Position numbers and translations under genes: made by a program. Shown in pieces: positions 1-9,589 of a DNA stretch of 64,000 nucleotides. Position 1 is the stretch's first letter. Every line of letters starts with the position of its first letter. Where the stretch lies: assembly GCA_944387565.1 (NCBI GenBank), contig CALXFJ010000001.1:51218-115217 (forward strand), in the 5' to 3' direction. The notes beneath the pieces were generated by a model, which did not search any database, had not been told where the DNA came from, and saw only the letters and a program-made list of their open reading frames with translations. Source of the DNA: an uncultured Clostridia bacterium (lineage in GTDB: Bacteria; Bacillota; Clostridia; TANB77; CAG-508).

Positions 1-989
1 CGTACAAGCTCTAAAATACTAGAAAATGGGTATTTATGATGTCTTAAAACTGAAAATTGATTTTTATATATATTTTTAGCTAAATCAGCAAAATTTAATT
101 CATCATTTACTTCTATTTTTAAAGGTAATGTATTTATAAATAGCCCCATAGTATCTTTTTCTTTTATACCATTTCTATTTAATATAGGAGAGCCTATTAT
201 TATTTCAGGGCAACCAGATATTCTATGTAAATATATAGAGAAAATAGTTATTAAGAAAGTAAAAACAGAAATCTGATTTTTCTTGCAAAATTCAACTATT
301 TGTTTACTATTTTGTAAAGGGAAAATTTTTCTTTCAGCAAAAGGTGATGAACTAAGATGATTTTTTTGAGCAAAAGAAACATAAGCTGGGCTAGTATTAA
401 AAATTTCCTCCCAAAACTTACGGTCATTTTCATATTTTGAAGATTTTAAATATTTTTGTTCATTTTCAATATATTCGACATATGAAGGTTTATTACCTTC
501 CTCAATATTTTCAGATTTTAATAACTTAGAATAAATATCCATTACTTGGTTGGCAATAAGTCCCATACTCCACGCATCTGAAATTAGATGATGAATAGTA
601 ACATTAAATCCACCATGACCATTTCTTAATTTTATCAATTTAAAACTATATAGGCATGAATTAAAAATATCAAGTTTTACCTTGGTAAAAGTTTTTTCTA
701 ATACTGATAATTCTTCTTTTGTGTTTAATGAATAAATAGGGAACTCTTGAAAAGAATATGGAGCTACATATTGACATGGTTCTCCATCTTTTAATTCAAA
801 ATTAATTCTCATTGCATCATTTCTTTTAATAAAAATATTTATAGCCTGAGTTAGTTTATCAAAATCAACTTTTTCATGAATTAATAAAGTACCGCTAAGG
901 TTAGATATACTAGTATTTTCGTAAAATTTATTAATTAACCAAATAGATTCTTGAGGATTAGTTAATTTGTATTTTGTATTATTATCCAT
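1..989 (-). CDS. NRPS-type condensation (C) domain protein, N-terminal part (continues past window start)
   Basis: Open minus-strand frame from ATG at 989-987; absent from the ORF track because no stop lies in the window. Translation MDNNTKYKLTNPQESIWL... carries the C-domain catalytic motif HHLISDAWS (HHxxxDG type) about 130 aa in. Confidence 0.7.
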   Translation of the reverse strand, partial: MDNNTKYKLTNPQESIWLINKFYENTSISNLSGTLLIHEKVDFDKLTQAINIFIKRNDAMRINFELKDGEPCQYVAPYSFQEFPIYSLNTKEELSVLEKTFTKVKLDIFNSCLYSFKLIKLRNGHGGFNVTIHHLISDAWSMGLIANQVMDIYSKLLKSENIEEGNKPSYVEYIENEQKYLKSSKYENDRKFWEEIFNTSPAYVSFAQKNHLSSSPFAERKIFPLQNSKQIVEFCKKNQISVFTFLITIFSIYLHRISGCPEIIIGSPILNRNGIKEKDTMGLFINTLPLKIEVNDELNFADLAKNIYKNQFSVLRHHKYPFSSILELV

Positions 990-1296
990 TATAATATCAC
1001 CCTTCTATGTTCTAATTTTAAGAAAATTATATACAAAAAAAATACTAAATGCAAGAAAAAATGACAAAAGAAAACATAAAAATTGACAAAATTATAAAAC
1101 AGCTAAAATAGTAGATGAAAAATAATATAATATATGTTAATGAAATAGCTTTAGAATACGCCTTTTTTCAATTGATATTTTATATCACATGTGTTATAAT
1201 GACTAGGATAGGGGTTACCTATAATACGCCTATTTCCTCTTGCATCAAATGATGCAAAAGACAACAATGCTAATATACTATTCTAGGAGGAATATT

Positions 1297-1737
1297 ATGG
1301 AAAAGCTGTTAGATGCAATTGCAAGTGGCCTCGACATCCGTGGGGCAGAAGAAAAGGATTTAAAGGTATCAGATGAATATCCTTTAATTATTGAAACAGA
1401 TTGGTATGACTATAAGGAGGTATCCCAAGAGGTAATAGAGCTGTTTAAAAAGGAATTAAGAAACCACTTGATTGAAAATGTCAAGAAACTTGATGTTGGA
1501 GAACATGTGGATTATGGTTTTGAGTATGACAGCAAACCTCTAGGGACACTTATAGAAGGAGCCAATGACAATCTTGCGGAAGTGCTACTTAAGCTTCCTG
1601 CTCTCGATGAAGGAGAGAGCTATGAACTTCCAGAAGATACATATGTACGTTTTACAGTGACTGAGAGATATGAAAACAAGGTCTTAGTAAATCCCGACAT
1701 TGTATCTCCATGGATTATGGGAGCTTTAGTAGAATAA
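1297..1737 (+). CDS. hypothetical protein, G+C-rich ORFan
   Basis: ATG at 1297 preceded by the RBS aggagg (the ORF track starts at 1240). Codon usage is visibly GC-richer than the neighbours. No recognisable motif. Own extended -10 promoter and terminator. Confidence 0.55.
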   Translation: MEKLLDAIASGLDIRGAEEKDLKVSDEYPLIIETDWYDYKEVSQEVIELFKKELRNHLIENVKKLDVGEHVDYGFEYDSKPLGTLIEGANDNLAEVLLKLPALDEGESYELPEDTYVRFTVTERYENKVLVNPDIVSPWIMGALVE

Positions 1738-1752
1738 ACAGCTATTTCTAAT

Positions 1753-1794
1753 AACAGAGTCAATTCTTTTTATAGATTGGCTCTGTTGTTTTTC
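1753..1794 (+). terminator. rho-independent terminator
   Basis: 12-bp stem aacagagtcaat/attggctctgtt followed by a T-run. Confidence 0.6.
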
Positions 1795-1883
1795 TATATA
1801 AAAATAATAAAAAAGTTAATAATATATTGTAAAAAAAATAAAAATGATATAGAATTCAGGTAAATAAAAAAGGAAGTGATAGT

Positions 1884-3614
1884 ATGAAGGGAACTAAGAA
1901 TAGAGCGGTTTATAAGAAAGAACCTGTAAGTAGTTTTAAAGAATTACTAAAAAGAGTGGATGAAAAGTTTCCTAATAATGTAGCTTATAAATATAAAAAA
2001 GACCCAACATCTAAAGAGCCAGAATACATAGAAAAAACATTTCATAAGTATGTGGAAGATGTTAAAGCATTATCAACAAGTTTGTTAGAACTTGGTTTTG
2101 AAAAAGAACATATTGCTGTGATTGGAAACAATAGATATGAATGGTGTGTAACATATATGGCCGTAACAACAGGAAATATGGTAATAGTTCCAATAGATAA
2201 AGCCTTACCTGAAAACGAGATAGAAAATCTAATTACAAGAAGTAAAGCAAAAATTGTTTTCTTTGATAAAAAATATAATGATGTTATGCTAAAATTAAAA
2301 AATAGTAATAATAACAATGTTAATACATTAATTTCTATGGATGATGAAAATATAGAAGGAATGGAAAAGTATAGTGAGCTTTTAAAAAATGGTTATAATT
2401 TATTAGGAAATGGAAGTAACAAATATGATAATGTGGAAATAAATCCAGAAAATATGTCTATTTTGTTATTCACTTCAGGTACAACAAGTGCTCCTAAAGG
2501 AGTAATGCTATCACAAAAAAATATATGTAGTAATTTATCAGATTTTTCATCTTGGTTAAAAATATATACAAATGATGTTTTATTGTCATTTTTACCAATT
2601 CATCATACATTTGAATGTACAATTACATTTCTTTATGGAATGTATAGTGGGGCAACTGTTGCATTTTGTGATGGTTTAAAATATATTCAGAAAAATATGC
2701 AAGAGTATAAAGTTTCAATATTAGTTGCGGTTCCGTTAGTATTAGAGACAATGTATAAAAAAATACAAAAAGGAATAAAAGACCAAGGAAAGGAAGAATT
2801 AATAAAGAAAGTAACAAAGATTTCTAATTTTTTACTTAAATTCCATATTGATTTAAGAAGAAAATTCTTTAAACAAATTTTAAATAATTTTGGTGGCAAT
2901 TTAAGACTTGTTTTATATGGAGCTGCTCCAATGAATAAAGAGACTATAATCGCTTTTAATAATATGGGAATAGATTTAGTTCAAGGATATGGAGCAACAG
3001 AAACATCACCGGTAATTTCAGCAGAGACAGATAAAGAAAAAAGACCGGGTTCAGTTGGTATTGTTTTTGATGATTTAGAAGTGAAAATAGATAATCCAAA
3101 TGAGGAAGGAGTAGGAGAAATCTTAGTAAGAGGTCCTAGTGTTATGAAAGGCTATTATGAAAATGAAGAGCAAACTAAAAAAGCTTTTGTTGATGGTTTT
3201 TATAAAACAGGAGATTTTGGTTATCTAGATAAAGATGAATTTTTATATGTAACAGGAAGAAAAAAGGATATTATAGTATTAAGAAATGGAAAAAATGTTT
3301 ATCCAGAAGAAATAGAGATATTAATTAATAAAATTCCATATGTGAAAGAAAGTTTAGTATATCAAAGAGAACAAAATGTTACTGATACAATGCTTTGTGC
3401 TAAAATAGTTTATGATGAGGATGAAATTAAAAAGGCATATGGAGATATGGATGAAAAAAATTATAAAGAAGAAATTTGGAAAGAGATTAAAAAGATTAAT
3501 GAAAAGTTACCTGCTTTTAAACATATTAAGAAAATTGATATAACTACTAAGGATTTTGAGAAAACTACTACTCAAAAGGTTAAGAGGTATAAGGAGTTAG
3601 AGAAAATTAAATAG
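1884..3614 (+). CDS. long-chain fatty-acid--CoA ligase / AMP-dependent synthetase
   Basis: Adenylate-forming core motifs LLFTSGTTSAPKG, GYGATETSP, YKTGDFGYLD, GRKKDIIVLRNGKNVYPEEIE. Confidence 0.85.
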   Translation: MKGTKNRAVYKKEPVSSFKELLKRVDEKFPNNVAYKYKKDPTSKEPEYIEKTFHKYVEDVKALSTSLLELGFEKEHIAVIGNNRYEWCVTYMAVTTGNMVIVPIDKALPENEIENLITRSKAKIVFFDKKYNDVMLKLKNSNNNNVNTLISMDDENIEGMEKYSELLKNGYNLLGNGSNKYDNVEINPENMSILLFTSGTTSAPKGVMLSQKNICSNLSDFSSWLKIYTNDVLLSFLPIHHTFECTITFLYGMYSGATVAFCDGLKYIQKNMQEYKVSILVAVPLVLETMYKKIQKGIKDQGKEELIKKVTKISNFLLKFHIDLRRKFFKQILNNFGGNLRLVLYGAAPMNKETIIAFNNMGIDLVQGYGATETSPVISAETDKEKRPGSVGIVFDDLEVKIDNPNEEGVGEILVRGPSVMKGYYENEEQTKKAFVDGFYKTGDFGYLDKDEFLYVTGRKKDIIVLRNGKNVYPEEIEILINKIPYVKESLVYQREQNVTDTMLCAKIVYDEDEIKKAYGDMDEKNYKEEIWKEIKKINEKLPAFKHIKKIDITTKDFEKTTTQKVKRYKELEKIK

Positions 3615-3715
3615 TAATTTTGAAGGTAATCCACAGTTTATGTATTAAATGTGGAAACTGAAGAATAAAACTGAAATGTAACAGGGATTTATAGTAATTT
3701 TTTAGATTTAAGCAT

Positions 3716-3735
3716 AAGCTTACCAGCTTTTTTTC
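3716..3735 (+). terminator. rho-independent terminator
   Basis: Hairpin aagct-tacc-agctt followed by a T-run, just after the ligase gene. Confidence 0.5.
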
Positions 3736-3833
3736 TACCCTAAAATCCCTACGAAAAAAAGCTTAATCTAAAAAATTACTTATATTTTTTCTTTTATTAT
3801 TAAGACTTTTTAGTTTATACTAAGAGGTCTTTT

Positions 3834-4052
3834 TTATTTTTCATCAGAAATTTTAAATAGGTCATTCGGTGTGCATTCTAATATTTTACAAAGTTTTTCT
3901 ATATTTTTGTATCTTATTGATTGTGTTTTGTTTTCAACTAAATTGTTAAAGTTAGAATAACTTATATTTTCTATATCGTTTAATTGGTTAAATAACCAAT
4001 ATTTTGATTTATTCTTTTCTTTTAATAATTTTTTTACATTTAATGTAACCAT
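3834..4052 (-). CDS. XRE/Cro-C1 family helix-turn-helix regulator (72 aa)
   Basis: Small HTH protein with the typical C-terminal ...CKILECTPNDLF. Divergent from the pilin-like gene. Confidence 0.75.
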   Translation of the reverse strand: MVTLNVKKLLKEKNKSKYWLFNQLNDIENISYSNFNNLVENKTQSIRYKNIEKLCKILECTPNDLFKISDEK

Positions 4053-4107
4053 AAAAAAACTCCTTCTTATTGATTTTTCTATAGTTTATAACACTCTCAT
4101 AAATGTA

Positions 4108-4136
4108 ATAACTCACAAAAAGATAACTCACAAAAA
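4108..4136. promoter_or_regulatory. direct repeat ATAACTCACAAAAA x2, putative operator
   Basis: Two identical 14-mers one nt apart, in the divergent XRE/pilin-like intergenic region just upstream of a tagaca-N17-tatagt promoter. Confidence 0.4.
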
Positions 4137-4219
4137 TAGTAGACAAAAATTCGTTTTTGTGTTATAGTTTAAAAAAAGTAAAAAATACTTAAGAAAAATC
4201 TTTATAGGAGGAAGCGAAA

Positions 4220-5695
4220 ATGGATAAAAATACAAAAAAAGAAAATTTTAAAGGAATTACTTTAATTGCTTTGGTTATTACAATAATTGTTTTATTAATC
4301 TTAGCAGGGGTAAGTATTTCAATGCTAACAGGAGATAATGGAATACTTTCGCAAGCTACAAAAGCAAAGGAACAAACAGAAAAAGCATCAGAATTAGAAG
4401 GAATACAACTAGCAGTATTAGGAAGTGAAACAAAAAATAATGGATATTTAGATATTTTAGATGAAACAACTTTTAAGAAGGAATTGGAAAAACATTTTGA
4501 AAATGAAAAATTAGATGTTCATTCAAATGGAGATGGAAGTTTTATAATAACAATAAATGATAGAAAATACTATGTAAATGATGATAAAACAGTAATAGAT
4601 AATGATAATATTATAGAGATAGGAACCAAAGAACAACTAGAAGCTTTTAGAGATGATGTAAATAGTGGAAATAGTTATGAAGGAAAAGTAGTATTACTTA
4701 CATCTGATATAACTTTAGATTCAAGTATAGAATGGGAGCCAATAGGAATTTATGTAGAGGGAGCAAAAGATGATTATTACTATGACTTAGATAAAGAATT
4801 CTTAAATAAAACTTTTAAAGGAGTTTTTGATGGTTGTAATCATAAAATAGATAATTTTAAGATAAACAATCAAGAAAAGTGTCAAGGATTATTTGGATTA
4901 GTAATAGATGGAAGTATTAGAAATGTAGTAATTGGAGAAAATTCAAGTATAATAGCTGGAAATAGAACTGGTGCAGTAGTAGGACAGTTATTTGGTCTTA
5001 GTGGAAATATATATAATTGCATTAATTATGCTAATGTTACTGTAAATGGAATAGCTACTGGTGGCGGAATAGTAGGCTCATTAACAGGACAACATATTGT
5101 TTATAATTGTAAAAATTATGGAAGTATAACAGCACAAGAAGCAGTAGGGGGAATAGTAGGAAGTAGTAATGGGGGAGGTGAAAATGCTAAACCAGAAGAG
5201 TTTCTTAATTATTCTCACAAAATAATAAACTGTGGCAATTATGGAGATATAACAGAGAAAGGTGAAAATTCTTGTGGGGGTATTGTTGGATATTTGCATG
5301 GGAATATATTAAATTGTGCTAATAAAGGAAAAATAAAAAATGAATATACAGGTGATTTATCATATACTGGAGGAATAGTTGGGGGTATAGACGGAAAAGT
5401 AGAAAGTTGTTATAATATAGGAGATGTTACTGGAATGAAAAATTGTGGAGGAATACTAGGAGCATTTAACTCTCTTGGAGGTAGTATAGTAAATTGCTAT
5501 TCATTAGGAAAAGTAAGTGGCGAAGAAAATACAGGAAATATAGTAGGAGATATAGATAGAGTATCTACTGATATTACAAAGATAATAAATTGCTATACTA
5601 AAGATAACACATTTACAGCTGAGGACTTAGGAAAAGCATTTAAAGAAGATACAGAAAATATAAATAATGGATACCCAATATTAGATTGGGAATAA
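4220..5695 (+). CDS. prepilin-like N-terminal (class III signal-like) protein with GLUG-type repeats
   Basis: N-terminus KGITLIALVITIIVLLILAGVSISMLTGDNGI. The C-terminal half has repeated GGIVG/GGILG motifs at roughly 25-30 aa periodicity. Confidence 0.6.
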   Translation: MDKNTKKENFKGITLIALVITIIVLLILAGVSISMLTGDNGILSQATKAKEQTEKASELEGIQLAVLGSETKNNGYLDILDETTFKKELEKHFENEKLDVHSNGDGSFIITINDRKYYVNDDKTVIDNDNIIEIGTKEQLEAFRDDVNSGNSYEGKVVLLTSDITLDSSIEWEPIGIYVEGAKDDYYYDLDKEFLNKTFKGVFDGCNHKIDNFKINNQEKCQGLFGLVIDGSIRNVVIGENSSIIAGNRTGAVVGQLFGLSGNIYNCINYANVTVNGIATGGGIVGSLTGQHIVYNCKNYGSITAQEAVGGIVGSSNGGGENAKPEEFLNYSHKIINCGNYGDITEKGENSCGGIVGYLHGNILNCANKGKIKNEYTGDLSYTGGIVGGIDGKVESCYNIGDVTGMKNCGGILGAFNSLGGSIVNCYSLGKVSGEENTGNIVGDIDRVSTDITKIINCYTKDNTFTAEDLGKAFKEDTENINNGYPILDWE

Positions 5696-5790
5696 GATTA
5701 AGGTAGCATCATATTTTAGTGCTACCTTAAATAATAAATTTTTTCTAAAAATTGACTAAAATATAAGAATAAGGAAACAATATTATTGAG

Positions 5791-6934
5791 GTGGAATGTT
5801 TGAGAAGAAGAAATAAAAACAGATTAGGAAAAGTAATATTTGTTACTTTATTTTTAATATTATTGTGGATATTTGGATTTTATTTATATACTACATATAA
5901 AAATATAGAAATAAAAGAAGGAAATTATACAGCAGAAAGACAACAATACACATTAAGTGAACAAACTGTGGAAAACGAAGAAGAAAATAGTAAAAAAGTT
6001 GCAGATGTTATTGAAGAAACAACTCAAAAAGTAGTAGGAATTTCAAAACTAAAAAATGCAGGAAGTAGTATTTTTTCAAATGCAGAAGAAAGTAGTTTAG
6101 GATTAGGAACAGGTTTTATTGTAACATCAGATGGTTATATTGTTAGTAATGAACATGTAACAGGTGCAAAATATAGTAAATGCTATATAACTTTAGAAAG
6201 CGGAAATACCTATGAAGGAACTGTTAGTTGGAGTGATAGTGATTTAGATTTATCTATTGTAAAAATAAATGCAAAAAATTTACCATATATGAATTTAGGG
6301 GACTCTAGTAAAATTAGAGTAGGAGAAACTGTATATGCAATACGGAAATCCAATAGGGTTTGAATTTAGAAGAACAGTCACATCAGGAATTATTAGTGCA
6401 AAAAATAGAACAATAAAATTAGAAGAAGAAGAAAAATCTTCATATATGACAGATTTAATACAAACAGATGCAACAATTAATCCAGGAAACAGTGGGGGAC
6501 CATTAATTTATCCAAATGGAGATATAATAGGAATTAATACAGTTAAAATATCATCAGCAGAAGGTATAGGATTTGCAATTCCAATAAATATAATAAAACC
6601 TATTATAGAAAGTTTTAAAAACACAGGAAGCTTTGAAGAAGCAACAATTGGAATATTTGCTTATGATAAAGAAGTTATTCCTTATCTAGATAATAACTTA
6701 TTAAATAGTTTTGATAAGGGAATATATGTAGCTAGCATAAATACAAATGGACCGGCTGCAAAAAGCGATTTGAAAGAAGCGGATATTATCACAAGTATAG
6801 ATGGAAAAGAACTAAATACAATGAATGATTTAAGAGAATACATTTATACTAAAAAACCAAATGATGAAGTAACACTTCAAGTTACAAGAGGTAAGATAAA
6901 TAAAGAAATAAAAATTGTATTAGGAAAAAAATAG
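5791..6934 (+). CDS. htrA: HtrA/DegP-family serine protease with PDZ domain, interrupted at in-frame CGG 6343-6345
   Basis: Catalytic triad contexts [21 protein letters not shown]. ORFs 5791-6363 and 6335-6934 join if C6343 is skipped, giving VYAI-G-NPIGF. Confidence 0.85.
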
Positions 6935-6940
6935 GCAAAA

Positions 6941-7004
6941 TGTCCAATTGGGGACGTTTCCTTTTGGACATTTTGTCCATCTAAGAAACGTCCCCAATTG
7001 GACA
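6941..7004. terminator. bidirectional terminator / 20-bp perfect inverted repeat
   Basis: tgtccaattggggacgtttc (6941-6960) and its exact reverse complement (6985-7004), between convergent genes. Confidence 0.6.
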
Positions 7005-7005
7005 T

Positions 7006-7326
7006 TCATTTTTTGAATAGATTTTTGCTTGTTTGTATCAAAGAAATTAAAGAGTCTATATTTATATTTTCTTTTTCTATTAATTTTAGTAGTTTTAAAG
7101 TTTTTATGTCTGTTATTTCATTTTTAGAAGAATAATTTAATATAAAATTTGGAGATACATCATAAAACTTAGAAAGCTTTATAATAATATCTTCGTTTAA
7201 TGAAGTGTGTCCAAGTTCATAGTGATTATAAGTTGTCCTAGACATTTTTAGGTAACTTGCAACTTCTTTTTGTTTTAAATCGTTATCTTCTCTTAAATCT
7301 CTAATTATTTCAAAAGGTTTTTTCAT
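7006..7326 (-). CDS. XRE family helix-turn-helix regulator (106 aa)
   Basis: N-terminal HTH LKQKEVASYLKMSRTTYNHYELG. Divergent from the second pilin-like gene. Confidence 0.75.
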   Translation of the reverse strand: MKKPFEIIRDLREDNDLKQKEVASYLKMSRTTYNHYELGHTSLNEDIIIKLSKFYDVSPNFILNYSSKNEITDIKTLKLLKLIEKENINIDSLISLIQTSKNLFKK

Positions 7327-7354
7327 ACTATCACCAATATATAGTTAACCATAT

Positions 7355-7428
7355 TTTGAACATGTTGTTCAAAAATGACAAAAAAATTAGATAAAACTGT
7401 TGACATGTTCAAAATAAGAACGTAAAAT
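7355..7428 (+). promoter_or_regulatory. operator palindrome plus promoter of the pilin-like gene
   Basis: Palindrome tttgaaca-tgt-tgttcaaa (7355-7373). TTGACA (7400-7405), 17-nt spacer, TAAAAT (7423-7428). A further TGTTCAAAA half-site overlaps the spacer. Confidence 0.45.
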
Positions 7429-7464
7429 AAATATAAGACAAAATATATAACAAAGGAGAAAGAA

Positions 7465-8913
7465 ATGAAAAGAAAAGAAAATAAGGGAATAACATTAATA
7501 GCATTAGTAATAACAGTGATAGTATTATTAATATTAGCAGGAGTATCTATCTCAATGTTAACAGGAAATAATAGTATAATCACAAAAGCAGGAGAAGCAA
7601 AAACGGCAACTGAGTTAACAGGAATAAAGGAACAAATAGAGATAGAACAAGTACAACAAGAAAGTAAAAAAGAAAGTTTAAGATATATGACAGTAGAAGA
7701 AGTAAATGAAAGAATAAAAGATATTCCAGAAGAATATAAAGGAAAAGTAGGATTATATAGAGAAGAACCAGTATATTTGGGAAAAGAAGATGATGAAATA
7801 TCAATAATGGCAAAAAAGTACGGATATATAGTAATAAATATGACAGAAGAAGAGTTTAAATATTATATAGAAATGGGAATGTTAGAAGATAGTATAGTAG
7901 AAAACAAGAATAATGAAATAGGAAGAGAGCTATCAACACAAGATTTTCCAGAAACAATAACAATAGGAAGTAATACATATAGTACAGGGTGGTATTTAAT
8001 AGGAAATTATACAGAAGAAGAAAAAGCAAATAATACTTATGGAAGTCAATATGAAGAATTAGGATTAAAAGATACAACACATGCTCCATATATAGTAAAT
8101 TATGAAACAGGAAGTATATTTAGTGTTGATGGAATGATAATGTATCAAGCAGAGATACCAGTGCACACATTCCAAGATAATAATTTTAAATTAACAAATG
8201 CAATAACATATGTAGGAGATACATCAATAAAAACAGGAAATTACTACGGAAATCTATATTCCACATCACTATATGATGGACCAGTAGATGGAATAGGGCA
8301 TGCTAAATATAATGATAATAATGGAGAGTTACAATATGATGAAGATGGAGCGTTAATTTTAGATGAAGATAATGCAATTCCTGTTTTAGAAGTAGAAAAT
8401 AGATACAGAATAGGTGAAGAATACTCAATAAATGTAACTGCAAACGGAAATATATATCAAAGTGGAAGCGATGGAGTTTATTTAAGTACTATAGTAGCAT
8501 TATCAGAAAGACAAAATCATTTTATTTCAGCAGTAGGTTTTTATAAAGGATATTTACATATATATAGTTATAAAGATAATAGTAGTAATTCCCATGAAAA
8601 CTTAGCAGAAGAATTAGTAGAAAAGGGTTTTGCAAGTATAGATATTTCAAAATATGAAAATCAAACATTAAATATACAAGTAGTAGCTCAAAGAAGTAAA
8701 GAAACAAAAGTATATATTAATGGAGAATTGATACTAACATTTGAATCAGGAGATGATGTATTTACTTATAATTATGCAACTATAGGAGATTTAAGAGTAG
8801 GAAGAAATTTGAAGTTCGTAGGAAAAATATATAATTTTTCAATATATGGAGTTGCATTAAATGATAGCGAAGTAAAAGAAAATTATGAAGAAGCAAGAAA
8901 ATATATAGAATAA
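7465..8913 (+). CDS. prepilin-like N-terminal protein with C-terminal LamG/concanavalin-like domain
   Basis: N-terminus KGITLIALVITVIVLLILAGVSISMLTGNNSI, nearly identical to that of 4220-5695. The C-terminal ...GDLRVGRNLKFVGKIYNFSIYGVALNDSEV is typical of LamG-type domains. Confidence 0.55.
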   Translation: MKRKENKGITLIALVITVIVLLILAGVSISMLTGNNSIITKAGEAKTATELTGIKEQIEIEQVQQESKKESLRYMTVEEVNERIKDIPEEYKGKVGLYREEPVYLGKEDDEISIMAKKYGYIVINMTEEEFKYYIEMGMLEDSIVENKNNEIGRELSTQDFPETITIGSNTYSTGWYLIGNYTEEEKANNTYGSQYEELGLKDTTHAPYIVNYETGSIFSVDGMIMYQAEIPVHTFQDNNFKLTNAITYVGDTSIKTGNYYGNLYSTSLYDGPVDGIGHAKYNDNNGELQYDEDGALILDEDNAIPVLEVENRYRIGEEYSINVTANGNIYQSGSDGVYLSTIVALSERQNHFISAVGFYKGYLHIYSYKDNSSNSHENLAEELVEKGFASIDISKYENQTLNIQVVAQRSKETKVYINGELILTFESGDDVFTYNYATIGDLRVGRNLKFVGKIYNFSIYGVALNDSEVKENYEEARKYIE

Positions 8914-8953
8914 AAAATGTCGTAGTGGTGTGTTTCTTATGCGATAAATAAAA

Positions 8954-8980
8954 CAAGGGTGAAAATAAATTTCACCCTTG
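8954..8980. terminator. bidirectional terminator
   Basis: 11-bp stem caagggtgaaa/tttcacccttg between convergent genes. Confidence 0.6.
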
Positions 8981-9014
8981 CTTAGGTAGGTTAAATAGTA
9001 TTTACAACAGTGGA

Positions 9015-9416
9015 CTATCCACGATAGATAGTGAGCATATACACACTATTGCGTGTGGTTACGCGATACAATGGATGGTCATCTTTATCGTATACCTTAG
9101 AAACCTTTTGGACGGGGCTAGTAATGCACTCAACGAAACCATCAGAATCGTTAGACAAGTCTAACCTAATGCAGTTCATGGGTTTACCAACCTCAGGGAC
9201 TTCATCAGAATAGGCCATATAGGTTTTGTCATCGGAAGGGACTTCGTCAAACCAAACGGAGTTAAATTCTCCAACAACCCCTTCAAGGATGAGGCGGGTT
9301 TCAGAACGAAGAACAATCATTCTAATGACATTGTAGACTTGCCCCTTAACAAGGTTAGAGGTATTCTGAGTACCACCATAGTAGGAATCAGTTCCACCAT
9401 TATAACGTACCTTCAT
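9015..9416 (-). CDS. hypothetical protein, G+C-rich ORFan (133 aa)
   Basis: Good RBS (aaggag). Foreign-looking codon usage. No recognisable motif. Confidence 0.5.
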   Translation of the reverse strand: MKVRYNGGTDSYYGGTQNTSNLVKGQVYNVIRMIVLRSETRLILEGVVGEFNSVWFDEVPSDDKTYMAYSDEVPEVGKPMNCIRLDLSNDSDGFVECITSPVQKVSKVYDKDDHPLYRVTTRNSVYMLTIYRG

Positions 9417-9589
9417 GATTTCTCCTTCTTGTGCAATTGCACATACTTAGTTGATATTACAATAGATGAAAAGAAGTAAAAAAATTCATCTATCATAATT
9501 ATACCATAATTAACATAAAAAGTAAAATTCTATTAAAATGTTCTAAAAGTAAATTAATGTCCATTTAAGAAGTGGCCCAATTGGGCATT

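Noticed and set aside
2042-2899. Minus-strand ORFs 2042-2317, 2623-2817 and 2687-2899 inside the acyl-CoA ligase gene
   Set aside because: They are antisense to a well-supported gene. Their translations are low-complexity and Leu/Phe/Ile-rich, as AT-rich antisense frames typically are. None has an RBS.
7323-8707. Minus-strand ORFs 7323-7583, 7580-7813, 7856-8089 and 8522-8707
   Set aside because: They are antisense to the pilin-like/LamG gene or span its promoter. They encode repetitive L/F/Y strings and are not credible proteins.
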